NCBI GenBank assembly: GCA_003169895.1
Contig: PNAE01000006.1
Coordinates: 103,294-167,293 of the forward strand
Direction: 5' to 3'
DNA from: Gemmatimonadota bacterium
Lineage (GTDB): Bacteria; Gemmatimonadota; Gemmatimonadetes; Gemmatimonadales; GWC2-71-9
Length of the DNA stretch: 64,000 bases
Every line of letters starts with the position of its first letter. Position 1 is the first letter of the stretch. The notes under the pieces were generated by a model, which saw nothing but the letters and a program-made list of their open reading frames with translations, ran no database searches and had not been told where the DNA came from. Both the position numbers and the translations under genes were made by a program. Shown here in pieces: positions 19,255 to 28,767 of this stretch.

Positions 19255-20145
19255 CTAGCTCAGCGCGTCGACCGTCGCGACGACGCCGGCCGCAAGCCGC
19301 AACGGCGCGTAGCCACCTTCCATGAGCGCCACGATCGGCGTCGCGGCGAATCGCTCGCGAAGGCGGCCGATCCATGCCGCATAATGCTCCGGCTCCAAGG
19401 TGAAGCCGCCGAGCGGGTCGCCCTGCATCCCATCGTAGCCGGCCGAAACCAGGATGACGTCGGGCTGCCACCCGGTCGTCGCCCGATCGATACCGCGCCA
19501 GAGCGACTCGACGTACGCCTGCGGAGGCAACCCGGCGGCCATTGGCAGGTTGAAGCAGTTGCCGACACCGCGCTCGTCGGCGGAGCCGCTGCCCGGATAC
19601 CACGGCCACTGATGCATCGATACGAAGTGGGTCCGGGATTCACGCTCCACCATCGCTTGCGTCCCGTTGCCGTGATGCACATCCCAATCGACGATCAGGA
19701 TGCGTTCAAAACCGCGATGTCGCGCCGCCTCGGCCAGTACGGCGACGTGATTGACGATGCAGAAACCCATGGCGCGATCGGGCAGCGCGTGGTGTCCCGG
19801 CGGCCGGATCGCCGCAAAGGCGTGCCCCGCGCCGGCCAATGCGTGATTCAGTGCGGCCAGCGCCGCGCCCGTTGCCGCCAACGTTGCCGTCCAGCTGTGA
19901 GCGTTGATGGTGGTGTCGGGTCCGAGCTCACCACCGCCGACCGCGCTCATCGCAGCGACGCGATCGAGATAGGAACGCTCGTGACACCGGAGCAGCGGCT
20001 CGATGGGAGCGCCTGGCGCCTCGATCAGTTCGACGCCCCGGTGAGACTGAAGCGCCGCATGGACCGCGGCGAGTCGCGATGGCTGATCGGGATGCCCGGC
20101 GCCTGGAGCGTGTGTCAGGCATGCCCGGGCCGTGAAGACCCGCAT
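19255..20145 (-). CDS. Histone deacetylase family (Zn-dependent deacylase)
   Basis: RPPGHHA, GFC, DWDVHHGNGTQ, SAGYD and EGGY motifs. Confidence 0.93.
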   Translation of the reverse strand: MRVFTARACLTHAPGAGHPDQPSRLAAVHAALQSHRGVELIEAPGAPIEPLLRCHERSYLDRVAAMSAVGGGELGPDTTINAHSWTATLAATGAALAALNHALAGAGHAFAAIRPPGHHALPDRAMGFCIVNHVAVLAEAARHRGFERILIVDWDVHHGNGTQAMVERESRTHFVSMHQWPWYPGSGSADERGVGNCFNLPMAAGLPPQAYVESLWRGIDRATTGWQPDVILVSAGYDGMQGDPLGGFTLEPEHYAAWIGRLRERFAATPIVALMEGGYAPLRLAAGVVATVDALS

Positions 20146-20152
20146 CGGCGCG

Positions 20153-20413
20153 TCAGCGCACCGGCATCCGGCGGCTGCGCATCACGATCAACGCCCCGTC
20201 GCCGGGAACGCGCTCGTCGGCCAGCGAACGGGATTCATCGCGGACCTCGGCACCGCGAAACTTCACCAGAAACCCGCCGGGATCAGCGGTGATGTGCACG
20301 GCGTCGAGCGCCCGCTGCTTGACCTCGCGGATCGGTGTGGACGGTGGCAGGTGCAGTACGACGTCGTCCCAGGCCTCGAGGACCCGAACCCGTAACTGGA
20401 GGTTAACGCTCAC
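20153..20413 (-). CDS. Small ubiquitin-like (beta-grasp) protein
   Basis: STPIREVKQRA...LVKFRGAEVRDESRSLADERV...ALIVM parallels ubiquitin DTIENVKAKI...LIFAGKQLEDGRTLSDYNI...TLHLV. No C-terminal GG. Confidence 0.6.
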   Translation of the reverse strand: MSVNLQLRVRVLEAWDDVVLHLPPSTPIREVKQRALDAVHITADPGGFLVKFRGAEVRDESRSLADERVPGDGALIVMRSRRMPVR

Positions 20414-20682
20414 GCGGTACTCTCCGGCGGTGCCGGCAGCGTGGAGAGAAAGCGATCGACGGCCTGGTCGAACAGGAGCGTCGAACCGCGGACATACGTG
20501 GCCCCATCGCGGCTGAACGCCGCCAGCGCGATCTCCTCACCGCCCTGCCCGCGCAATACCAGGTGTCCGGGGCCTTCGCGCTCCGGAAACGCCGCGCTCT
20601 GCGGCACGCGTTCGGCAAAGAAGCGCTTGGCGCGCACGAAGATCTCACTGGCGTCGAGGCTTGTGGTGGTTTCAAAAACCAT
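20410..20682 (-). CDS. Hypothetical protein (~90 aa)
   Basis: ORF MVFETTTSLDASEIF... whose stop overlaps the GTG of the next gene. Confidence 0.7.
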   Translation of the reverse strand: MVFETTTSLDASEIFVRAKRFFAERVPQSAAFPEREGPGHLVLRGQGGEEIALAAFSRDGATYVRGSTLLFDQAVDRFLSTLPAPPESTA

Positions 20683-20707
20683 GTTACACCCGGGTTGATA
20701 TTCGCCC

Positions 20708-20765
20708 GTGGCTGGTAGCTGTCGGCCACGAGCCATCAGCCATCAGCCACTAGCTACCAGCCGCT
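20708..20765. repeat. Heptamer repeat with inverted arms (AGCCATC family) at the glyQS 3' end
   Basis: GCTGGTAGCT (20711-20720) and AGCTACCAGC (20752-20761) flank agccatc agccatc agccact. The repeat contains the glyQS TGA. Confidence 0.65.
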
Positions 20766-22080
20766 GCTGCAGCCACGATTTCACCTGGTCCAGTCCGATC
20801 CGATCCTGCGCCATCGAATCGCGGTGGCGGACCGTGACGCTGCGCTGCCCGGCGGTATCGCCGTCCACGGTCACGCACCACGGCGTGCCGATCTCGTCCT
20901 GCCGCCGATACCGCCGGCCAATGGCGCCGCTGGCGTCATGGAACGCCGGCATCGCCGCGCGCAGGTCGTGGTACAGCTCCAGTGCCAGCTCCGGCATGCC
21001 GTCCTTGTTCACCAACGGCAGCACGGCGACCTTCACCGGCGCGAGATGCGGCGCGAAGCCCATCACCACCCGCGTCTCCGCCTCGACCATTTCCTCGCGG
21101 TATGCATCCGCCATCACCGTGAGCGTCACGCGATCGGCGCCCGCGGCGGTCTCGACGACATAGGGAAGGTAGCGCTCTCCCGTCGCCTGCTCGAAGTACT
21201 CCATCTTCTTGCCGGAATACTCCTGATGGCGCCGGAGGTCGAAATCGGTGCGGTTGTGGATGCCTTCGATTTCCTGCCAGCCGAACGGAAACTCGTACTC
21301 GACGTCGTAGGCGGCCTTGGCGTAATGCGCCAGCTCATCCGGGCCATGCTGGTGCCAACGCAACCTCGACGGCGTGAGGCCCAGGCCCTCGTGCCATGCC
21401 ATGCGCACCGCCCGCCAGCGCTCGAACCATTCCTCATCGGTGCCCGGGCGGACGAAAAACTGCATCTCCATCTGCTCGAATTCGCGGGTGCGAAAGATGA
21501 AGTTGCCGGGGGTAATCTCGTTGCGGAACGCCTTGCCGATCTGGGCGATGCCGAACGGGACCTTCTGACGCGACGAATTCAAGACGTTCAAGTAGTTGAC
21601 ATACGTGCCCTGGGCGGTCTCGGGGCGCAGATAGACCACCGCCGCGGTCTCCTCGACCGGACCCATGAAGGTCTTGAACATCAGGTTGAACTGGCGCGGC
21701 TCGGTCAGGTCGCAGGCGGTATGCTCGCCCGGGACCTTGCTGGGTTTCTGCGGACACCGCGCGTCGGCCAGCTTGTCCGCCCGGAAGCGGGACTTGCAGG
21801 TCCGGCAGTCCACCATCGGATCGGTAAAGCCGCTGACGTGGCCCGACGCCTCCCAGACCCTGGGATGCATGAGGATGGCCGCGTCCAGGCCCTCAATGTC
21901 ATCCCGCGCCTGCACCAGGGAGCGCCACCAACGATCTTTGATGTTACGCTTGAGCGCGACGCCGAGCGGCCCATAGTCCCAGACCGATCCGAGACCACCG
22001 TAGACCTCGGATGACTGGAACACGAAGCCCCGGCGCTTGGCCAGGGAAACGAGTTTTTCCATTGTAGGCGCGTCGGCCAT
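20743..22080 (-). CDS. glyQS: Glycine--tRNA ligase, homodimeric (alpha2) type
   Basis: KRRGF, WDYGPLG, YLRPETAQG, FRNEITP...FRTREFEQME, LAHYA and IGRRYRRQDEIGTP motifs. Confidence 0.95.
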   Translation of the reverse strand: MADAPTMEKLVSLAKRRGFVFQSSEVYGGLGSVWDYGPLGVALKRNIKDRWWRSLVQARDDIEGLDAAILMHPRVWEASGHVSGFTDPMVDCRTCKSRFRADKLADARCPQKPSKVPGEHTACDLTEPRQFNLMFKTFMGPVEETAAVVYLRPETAQGTYVNYLNVLNSSRQKVPFGIAQIGKAFRNEITPGNFIFRTREFEQMEMQFFVRPGTDEEWFERWRAVRMAWHEGLGLTPSRLRWHQHGPDELAHYAKAAYDVEYEFPFGWQEIEGIHNRTDFDLRRHQEYSGKKMEYFEQATGERYLPYVVETAAGADRVTLTVMADAYREEMVEAETRVVMGFAPHLAPVKVAVLPLVNKDGMPELALELYHDLRAAMPAFHDASGAIGRRYRRQDEIGTPWCVTVDGDTAGQRSVTVRHRDSMAQDRIGLDQVKSWLQQRLVASG

Positions 22081-22168
22081 CGGACGATACTGGTTAGGGT
22101 AGAAGAACAGTATCAAAGGGACACAAACGTAATGAGACGGCAGGATTCTTGCTGCTTCGCTTGACCTT

Positions 22169-22744
22169 ATGGTAACGCGACGTCCTCCCGATCCCTGCCT
22201 TCCCGAGCCATCTGTGGCGCCGGGGACCCGTGGGATGACCCTGCTCGAACTCCTCATCGTGATCTCGATGATCGGCATCCTCTCCGCAATCGCGATCACC
22301 CGGTTGGACTGGCGGCGCTACCAGGCCGATGCCGCCGCTCGAGGGATGATGGCGGAGCTGGCGACCGCGCAACGCCTGGCCCTGTCGCTTCAGTCCAACA
22401 TGGTGGTGACCTTTCCCGACAGCCTCAGGATGCGGATTCTCGAGGACGCCAATAATGACGGTGCGGCCGGAGGGAGTGAGCGTGTCCGAACAGTGCCGCT
22501 TGATAACAATTTCTCGTTTGGCAAGGGGAGCGCTCCCAACATCCCCGCCCCGGACGTCCCAACGCAGTTCACCACCCTGACCTTTCATCGCGACGGCTCC
22601 GCTGACAAGAGCGGCACGCTGTACCTGCAGGGGCCGGGGTACGATCCGAACTGCGCCCATTGTCGCGCGATCTCCGTCACGCGCGCGACCGGTCGCGTCG
22701 TCTGGTACAGCTACGGCTCCGGCGCCTGGAAGCGAGCGAACTGA
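22169..22744 (+). CDS. Type IV pilin-like protein, FimT/GspH-like
   Basis: Prepilin motif RG/MTLLELLIVISMIGIL; C-terminal ISVTRATGRV. Confidence 0.85.
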   Translation: MVTRRPPDPCLPEPSVAPGTRGMTLLELLIVISMIGILSAIAITRLDWRRYQADAAARGMMAELATAQRLALSLQSNMVVTFPDSLRMRILEDANNDGAAGGSERVRTVPLDNNFSFGKGSAPNIPAPDVPTQFTTLTFHRDGSADKSGTLYLQGPGYDPNCAHCRAISVTRATGRVVWYSYGSGAWKRAN

Positions 22745-23127
22745 TGCGAATTCGGCGTGGCTTTACTCTGATTGAAGTCCTGGTGGCCATAGTCGTCCTT
22801 GGCATTCTGGCGGTCGGTGTCGCCCGGTTCTCGGCGCTGTTCGGCAAGGCCCTGGCCAATTCGTCGGTGCGCGTGGTCGCCGCTGGCGTCGCCAGTGACC
22901 AGTTGCAGCTGATCCGCGCCGACCCGCGCTACACCACGCTCGTGTCGCTCTACAACGGGAAGAACACGACTGGGTTCACGGACTATCCGCAGATGAAGCA
23001 GCTGACCACGGTCGTCCGCGACCAGTCGGGCTCGCCTGCCCGCGACCGAACCACCGTCACCGTGCGCGTCGTCGATCCGAGCATGCCCGACACGGTGTCC
23101 GTCACTTCCGTCATCGCGAGTCCCTGA
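22744..23127 (+). CDS. Type IV minor pilin, PilV/GspI-like
   Basis: RRG/FTLIEVLVAIVVLGIL; TGATG coupling to the previous gene. Confidence 0.85.
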   Translation: MRIRRGFTLIEVLVAIVVLGILAVGVARFSALFGKALANSSVRVVAAGVASDQLQLIRADPRYTTLVSLYNGKNTTGFTDYPQMKQLTTVVRDQSGSPARDRTTVTVRVVDPSMPDTVSVTSVIASP

Positions 23128-24311
23128 TGCGCACCGCTCCAGACGTTCGTCACAATGAGCGCGGATTCACCCTGGTCGAACTGTTGATCGCCATGACACT
23201 GACCGTGGCCGTCATGGGCGTCGCGTTCTCCCTGTTCCGCTCGCAAAGCCACTTCTTTGGCACGGACCAGCAGCGCTACGACGAAATGCAGAACGCCCGC
23301 GCCGCGCTCGAAGGCGCCCAGCGGGTGATTCGCACCATGGGCGCCGGCGTGCCGAACAGCCAGCCGGTGCTGGTCTATGCCGACAACAACGCGCTCGCGT
23401 TCAACACTGACTACGTCGAGCAGGACACCGTCGATACGCGGTGGGCCGCGTACTTCAATGCCGAGACGCCGGTGGCCGAGACATTCGCGTGGGATGTCGC
23501 CAGCGCGACGGTGATCCCCACGACGGCCTATACCTATCCCACCCAGAACTACACCCTCGGCAGCGGCGATCCGTCGCCGGCCGAGACCCAGATGCTGTAT
23601 TTCTCGCCGGATTCATCGACGGCCCGTTCCGATGACTACATCCTCTGGCAACGCGTCAATGCCGGAACCCCGGTGCTCGTGGCACGCAACATCCTTCCGC
23701 ATCCGAACGGCAAGCCGTTCTTCCAGTACCTGCAGCGGCGCACGCTCGCCAGCGGTGACACCCTGATCATCGAGCCGACGGCGAATCTGCCACTGGAACG
23801 CCGGGTGCTGATTGCCGGGCTTTCGTCCACCGACAGCGCCAACTACGTCCGGCCGGATTCGGTCCGGGCGGTGCAGATCAACATCCGGTTCACCAATGGC
23901 GAGAGCGGCTCGCTCGAGCGGTTCCGCGATGTGCAGACCACGATCCAGACGCCGAACAACGGGATTCCCCAGCCAACGGTGTGCGGTCGCCCGCCATTGG
24001 CGCCAGCGTCGTTCACCGTGGTCGACACCATTCCGGGCAGTGGGCGACTGTGGTTTACCTGGGCCCGTTCGGTGGACCAGGACGCCGGCGAGCAGGACGT
24101 GCTGCAGTACATCCTCTACCGCAAGCTTCAGGCTGGCGCGACCTGGGCGACCCCGCTCATCGTGGTGAGGCGGATCTCCGGGCAGACGAGCTATTCGACG
24201 GAAATCGCCGGCAACACGCCCGGCACGGCGTATACGTTCGGCGTATCGGCACAGGATTGCACGCCGTCTGAATCGACAATCACAACCCTGAACGTGACGC
24301 CCAGTCCTTGA
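23127..24311 (+). CDS. Type IV minor pilin, PilW/GspJ-like, with C-terminal FN3-like domain
   Basis: RG/FTLVELLIAM; C-terminal PLAPASFTV...FTWARS...Y...PGTAYTFGVSAQD pattern typical of FN3. Confidence 0.82.
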   Translation: MRTAPDVRHNERGFTLVELLIAMTLTVAVMGVAFSLFRSQSHFFGTDQQRYDEMQNARAALEGAQRVIRTMGAGVPNSQPVLVYADNNALAFNTDYVEQDTVDTRWAAYFNAETPVAETFAWDVASATVIPTTAYTYPTQNYTLGSGDPSPAETQMLYFSPDSSTARSDDYILWQRVNAGTPVLVARNILPHPNGKPFFQYLQRRTLASGDTLIIEPTANLPLERRVLIAGLSSTDSANYVRPDSVRAVQINIRFTNGESGSLERFRDVQTTIQTPNNGIPQPTVCGRPPLAPASFTVVDTIPGSGRLWFTWARSVDQDAGEQDVLQYILYRKLQAGATWATPLIVVRRISGQTSYSTEIAGNTPGTAYTFGVSAQDCTPSESTITTLNVTPSP

Positions 24312-24328
24312 GCAAGCGAGAAATCATC

Positions 24329-26356
24329 ATGCGGCTACCATCATTGAATCGTCGCGGGGCAGCACTCTTCATGACCTTGCTCGTGGCGATCGCCGTTGCC
24401 GGGGTCGCGCTGGGTGGAGTCCTGCTCGCCTCAGGTGCCCAGCTCTCCACTCGCTACAGCGCGAAGGAAGCGCTGCTGCAAGCGTCGGCGGACGGCGGCC
24501 TCGAGATCATCCGCGATTCGGTCAACCGCGGCATCTTCGATTCACTGCTCCCGCTCAACGGGTATACCACGCTCGCGTCCAACGCCGTCGTAAAGGATGC
24601 CCTCGGTAGCACCATGCCGCGGATCAACCTCTCGCTGTATGTCGGTCGCACGGGTGGTCGCACCGGCGGGGCCGCCACGGCGGGCCAGTATGGCAGCAAC
24701 TTCGCCAGTGCGTTGTCCGTGATCAGCGATGCGCGTGGTGCGGTCGCGGTGCGGCGTCTGCTGTTGACCCAGGAATCCTGGTCCAAGTTCGCCGTCGCAA
24801 TCAACAACTGGAGTGGCAGCGCCATGTACGGCTGTGGCGAGTCGGTCAATGGCCCGTTCTTCTCCAATACCGGGTTGATCATTCAATCCGGGTGCGCCGC
24901 GGGCAGCGGGACCTTCTTCGCGAGTTCGGTGAACGTGGTCAATTCGTTCAGCGTCGGTTCCGGCCGGTTCAGTCAAGGCTACAAGACGGGCGTCACCCCA
25001 GTGCCGTGGCCGACGCCGGCGCGCATTGCGCTGATGCAGCAGTATGCCCAGAATGCCGATGCGGCGGCCGGTGACTACGACCTCACCTCCAAAACCCTCG
25101 GCTCCAACAGCCCAGGGTTGCGGATCGAATTCGTGACCATCGACGTCAACGGCAACGGCGTCATCGACTGGGACGAGGGATTCATGCGGGTCTGGGTACC
25201 CGCCTGCACGGGAGCCGTGAACACGTGCGGCGATTCGCTGCTGGCGTACGCGACGGCGCGCCGCTGGCCCACGGTACCGGCCGGCGTCATCCAGGCGAAC
25301 GATCCCAACACGATCTCGCGAAACTGTGGTGCCATGACCGCGATCAACGGCGTGGGAGCGGTCCGGTTCTTCAACGCGGACAGCGTCTATCTCGGCACGG
25401 CCGGAGGGCAGCTCGCCGCGGTGCAGGCGCTGCTCAGCACCAATAACACGCGCCGCTGCTACCTCGGTGGCGACCCGCACTTGTTCAGCCCGATTACCGG
25501 CGACACCCTGACGCCCGATTCGCTGCTGAGCCACATGGCAGACCCGACCAACAACTTCGGCTTCTGGAAAAAGCGGCGGACAGGTCCGCTGTCGTCGCTC
25601 ACCGCGGTCCGGTCCGGCGATGCCGCCTATCTGATACCCCTCGGCTCCAACCCGAACTTCAAGGGCGTCATCTACGTCCAGGGTGACGTCGCCCTGAGTG
25701 GTGTTCTCCGCGGCCGCGTCTCGGTCTTCGCCACCGGCAACGTCGTCATGGCGGACGACCTGACGTACACCAACCCACCCGGCACGAAATGCGACGTGCA
25801 GGGCGACATCTTCGGCGCCATCGCGACCAAGAACGTCGTGATCGAAGACGACAACCTGCAGACGCCGTTCAGGGTAAACAACGTGATCTACGGCGGCTTT
25901 GACGACACCAATGACGCCAACTACAACATGTTCTTCCTGGCTGCTGGTGATGGGACGACGACCCTGGATGGCTCCCGGACCGGCAACTGGTATGGCGAGG
26001 GCGTCCTGTCCCCGTGGAACTACGCCTACTATACGCAGCTCGGCACGGAGCCAGGGTCGGCAAATGCGAGCTGGGACATATCGGCGATCAATCAGCGGTG
26101 CGGCTCCGCGACTAACGGGTGCGTCCGGGTGACCGGCGGCCTGGCCCAGGGCCGCGTCGACGATGCCACGTACTACGGTGCCAACCGTTACGGCTGGGCC
26201 GAGGCGCACACGTACGACAAGTGCGGTGCAACCAATCCGCCCCCGTACTTCCCGACCACCGGCCGGTTCATTCCCAACCGCTACTATGAGATCGATCCGG
26301 TATGGTTGAATAACATCGGCATCGCGAACTACTTCGCGCGGCTGCAAGCGCAGTAG
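24329..26356 (+). CDS. PilX/GspK-like large minor pilin, putative tip adhesin
   Basis: RRG/AALFMTLLV (no Glu5, as in PilX/GspK); DVNGNGVIDWDE Ca-binding-like loop; GVIYVQGDVALSG and PPYFPTTG motifs. Confidence 0.72.
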   Translation: MRLPSLNRRGAALFMTLLVAIAVAGVALGGVLLASGAQLSTRYSAKEALLQASADGGLEIIRDSVNRGIFDSLLPLNGYTTLASNAVVKDALGSTMPRINLSLYVGRTGGRTGGAATAGQYGSNFASALSVISDARGAVAVRRLLLTQESWSKFAVAINNWSGSAMYGCGESVNGPFFSNTGLIIQSGCAAGSGTFFASSVNVVNSFSVGSGRFSQGYKTGVTPVPWPTPARIALMQQYAQNADAAAGDYDLTSKTLGSNSPGLRIEFVTIDVNGNGVIDWDEGFMRVWVPACTGAVNTCGDSLLAYATARRWPTVPAGVIQANDPNTISRNCGAMTAINGVGAVRFFNADSVYLGTAGGQLAAVQALLSTNNTRRCYLGGDPHLFSPITGDTLTPDSLLSHMADPTNNFGFWKKRRTGPLSSLTAVRSGDAAYLIPLGSNPNFKGVIYVQGDVALSGVLRGRVSVFATGNVVMADDLTYTNPPGTKCDVQGDIFGAIATKNVVIEDDNLQTPFRVNNVIYGGFDDTNDANYNMFFLAAGDGTTTLDGSRTGNWYGEGVLSPWNYAYYTQLGTEPGSANASWDISAINQRCGSATNGCVRVTGGLAQGRVDDATYYGANRYGWAEAHTYDKCGATNPPPYFPTTGRFIPNRYYEIDPVWLNNIGIANYFARLQAQ

Positions 26357-26365
26357 CAAGAGGCG

Positions 26366-26467
26366 TCAAACGTGAAAGGTGAAACGTAAAACGGGGGCTC
26401 CGATCCACTCGGAGCCCCCGTTTTCCGTGTCACGGCTCACTTTTCCCGTTTCACCTCTCACCTCTCA
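26366..26467. terminator. Bidirectional intrinsic terminator embedded in inverted heptamer arms
   Basis: AAAACGGGGGCTCCGA-TCCAC-TCGGAGCCCCCGTTTT between convergent pilX-like and purA genes, flanked by TGAAACG-type and CGTTTCA-type units. Confidence 0.85.
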
Positions 26468-26473
26468 CGCCGT

Positions 26474-27754
26474 TCACACTTCGATGATCTGATCCCGCCT
26501 GGTCCCCACGCTGACATACCGGATCGGTTGCCCCGCCAGATCCTCCAGCCGGTCGAGGTATGCTCGCGCCGGCGGCGGCAGGTCCGCGAGGCGGCGCGCG
26601 CCTGATATCGCGCGTTGCCACCCCGGCAGCACCTCGTACACCGGCTCGACCCGCTCGAGCACCTCGACATCGCTGGGCACCTCGCCACATTCGACACCGT
26701 CGAGGCGATACGAAACACACACCGGAATCTCCGCGAACGTATCCAGCACGTCGAGCTTGGTGACCGCCAGGCCGGTCAGTCCGTTCACCCGCGCCGAGTA
26801 GCGGACGACGGTGGCGTCAAACCAGCCGCAGCGGCGCGGCCGGCCGGTGGTCGCCCCAAATTCGCTGCCGAGGTCGCGCAAGCGCGTCTGCAACTCACCG
26901 GGGGCTTCGGTCGGCAGCGGCCCGTTGCCGACGCGGGTCGTGTACGCCTTCACCACGCCCAGGACGCCGTCGATTTCCGTCGGCCCGATCCCGGCCCCGA
27001 CGGCGGCACCGCCCGCGGTCGTGTTGGACGAGGTCACGAAGGGGTAGGTGCCGTGATCCACGTCGAGCAGCGCCCCCTGGGCGCCCTCCAGGAGCACGCG
27101 TTGCGACGACCGCAGCGCCCGGTGCACCAGCAGCCCGGTATCGGTGGCCAGCGGCCGTAGCCTGGCGCCCAGCCGGCCGAAGAGTTCGACGTGCTCGTCG
27201 AGGTTCGCGGTGGCGGCCGAGCCCATCAATCGCAAGAGCGCGTTGGCGCGCTCGACCCGCGGCTCCAGGAACTCGCGCGCGCCGGTTCCGCGGCACAGGT
27301 CAGTCACGCGTACGCCGCGCCGGCCGATCTTGTCCTCGTACGCTGGACCGATGCCGCGGCCGGTGGTGCCGATCTGCTGCTGTTTTTCGCTGGCCTGATC
27401 GAGCAACTGGTGGTACGGCAGCACCACGTGGGCGCGGTCGGAGACGAAGAGTCGTCCGGCGATCTCGATGCCCTGCGCGGCCAGCTGTTCAAGTTCGCCG
27501 AAGAACGTTTCCGGGTCGAGCACGACGCCGTTGCCGACCACGCACCTGGTTCGACGATGCAGGATGCCGGAGGGAATCTGGTGCAACACGAACTGCCGCT
27601 CGCCAACCACCACGGTGTGGCCCGCGTTGGCACCGCCCTGGTACCGTACGACGACGTCGGCCTGCTCCGCCAGGACGTCGACCAGCTTGCCTTTCCCCTC
27701 GTCGCCCCACTGCGCGCCGACGACCACCACGCAGTTATGCTTGCGATCGAACAT
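26474..27754 (-). CDS. purA: Adenylosuccinate synthetase
   Basis: GAQWGDEGKGK, GGANAGHT, IGTTGRGIGPAY, EGAQG, GTYPFVTSS, GATTGRPRRCGW and TKLDVLD motifs. Confidence 0.97.
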   Translation of the reverse strand: MFDRKHNCVVVVGAQWGDEGKGKLVDVLAEQADVVVRYQGGANAGHTVVVGERQFVLHQIPSGILHRRTRCVVGNGVVLDPETFFGELEQLAAQGIEIAGRLFVSDRAHVVLPYHQLLDQASEKQQQIGTTGRGIGPAYEDKIGRRGVRVTDLCRGTGAREFLEPRVERANALLRLMGSAATANLDEHVELFGRLGARLRPLATDTGLLVHRALRSSQRVLLEGAQGALLDVDHGTYPFVTSSNTTAGGAAVGAGIGPTEIDGVLGVVKAYTTRVGNGPLPTEAPGELQTRLRDLGSEFGATTGRPRRCGWFDATVVRYSARVNGLTGLAVTKLDVLDTFAEIPVCVSYRLDGVECGEVPSDVEVLERVEPVYEVLPGWQRAISGARRLADLPPPARAYLDRLEDLAGQPIRYVSVGTRRDQIIEV

Positions 27755-28767
27755 CAGGACGCCTCGCGCCCGGCGTCGATGTTGCGGGGAAAGACTTCGG
27801 CCTTCCCCTCCTTCACCGCCTTCTCGATGGCCTTGCGCAATACGCCGGTCTCGGCGCCGGCGGCGATCGCCTCGCGGATTGCCGGCGTAGCCTCGAACCA
27901 TTCCACCACCACTTGGCGCCCGCCGGCCTTTCCCTTGGGAACCAGGCGCTGTGCGATCACGCCACGCAACGCATCGGCGACGCGCACGCGGCCGACTTCA
28001 CGCTGCTCCGGGAGCATCGTCGCCACGAGCTGGAACACCGCGCTCGCCGCATCCTGCGACGTCACCGCCGCGAGCACGAGACAATCCGACTCGGCGGCGC
28101 GGATGGCGCGGTCGATCGCCACGGGTTCACGCAGGTCGCTGATCACGATCACATTGGGGTCCTGCCGGCGCGCCGCGCGCAGCCCGCCGGCTACGTCATC
28201 GGTGTCGGTGCCGATCTCGCGCTGTGAGATGGAGCTGGACAGGTCGCGGTGCAGGTACTCGATCGGATCCTCGAGCGTGATGACGTGCCGCTGCTGGCTG
28301 CGATTGATGTGATGCACCATCGCGGCAATGGTCGACGTCTTGCCCGATCCGCCCGGACCCGCCACCAGCACCAGCCCATTCGCCAACTCGGCGAAATGCG
28401 TGATCACGTCGGGCAGCCCCAGTCCTTCCGGTGTCGGCACCGAGAACGGGATGACGCGCAGGACCATCATGAACGAGGACCGCTGCCGCAGCACGTTGAT
28501 GCGGAACCGCCCGACGCCCGGAACGCCCCAGGAGCAATTGAGCTCGCGCAGGGCCTCCAGCCGCGGGTCCTCTGGCTCCATGCCGGCGAACATCGCGGCG
28601 AGGGCGCGGGTCTGCTGGGGTGTCAGCCGTTGCTTGGTGAGCGGAATCAGCTCGCCTTCCACGCGCGCGCGGAACACGTCGCCCGCCTTGACATGCACGT
28701 CCGAGGCGCCTCGAAGCACTGCGGCCTTCAATACTCGCGCCAGCATTGGCGACGTGCTGCTGCTCAT
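27754..28767 (-). CDS. PilT/PilU-family ATPase with degenerate Walker B and His box
   Basis: ASDVHVKAG, GRFRIN, Walker A GPGGSGKTST and Asp box TLEDPIE are present. RQDPNVIVISDLRE replaces RQDPDVILVGEMRD; AESDC...AVT replaces AETGH...TLH. Confidence 0.85.
   Translation of the reverse strand: MSSSTSPMLARVLKAAVLRGASDVHVKAGDVFRARVEGELIPLTKQRLTPQQTRALAAMFAGMEPEDPRLEALRELNCSWGVPGVGRFRINVLRQRSSFMMVLRVIPFSVPTPEGLGLPDVITHFAELANGLVLVAGPGGSGKTSTIAAMVHHINRSQQRHVITLEDPIEYLHRDLSSSISQREIGTDTDDVAGGLRAARRQDPNVIVISDLREPVAIDRAIRAAESDCLVLAAVTSQDAASAVFQLVATMLPEQREVGRVRVADALRGVIAQRLVPKGKAGGRQVVVEWFEATPAIREAIAAGAETGVLRKAIEKAVKEGKAEVFPRNIDAGREAS

Noticed and set aside
24542-26359. 605-aa minus ORF opposite the pilX-like gene
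   Set aside because: Shadow ORF; the plus strand has the prepilin motif and operon context.
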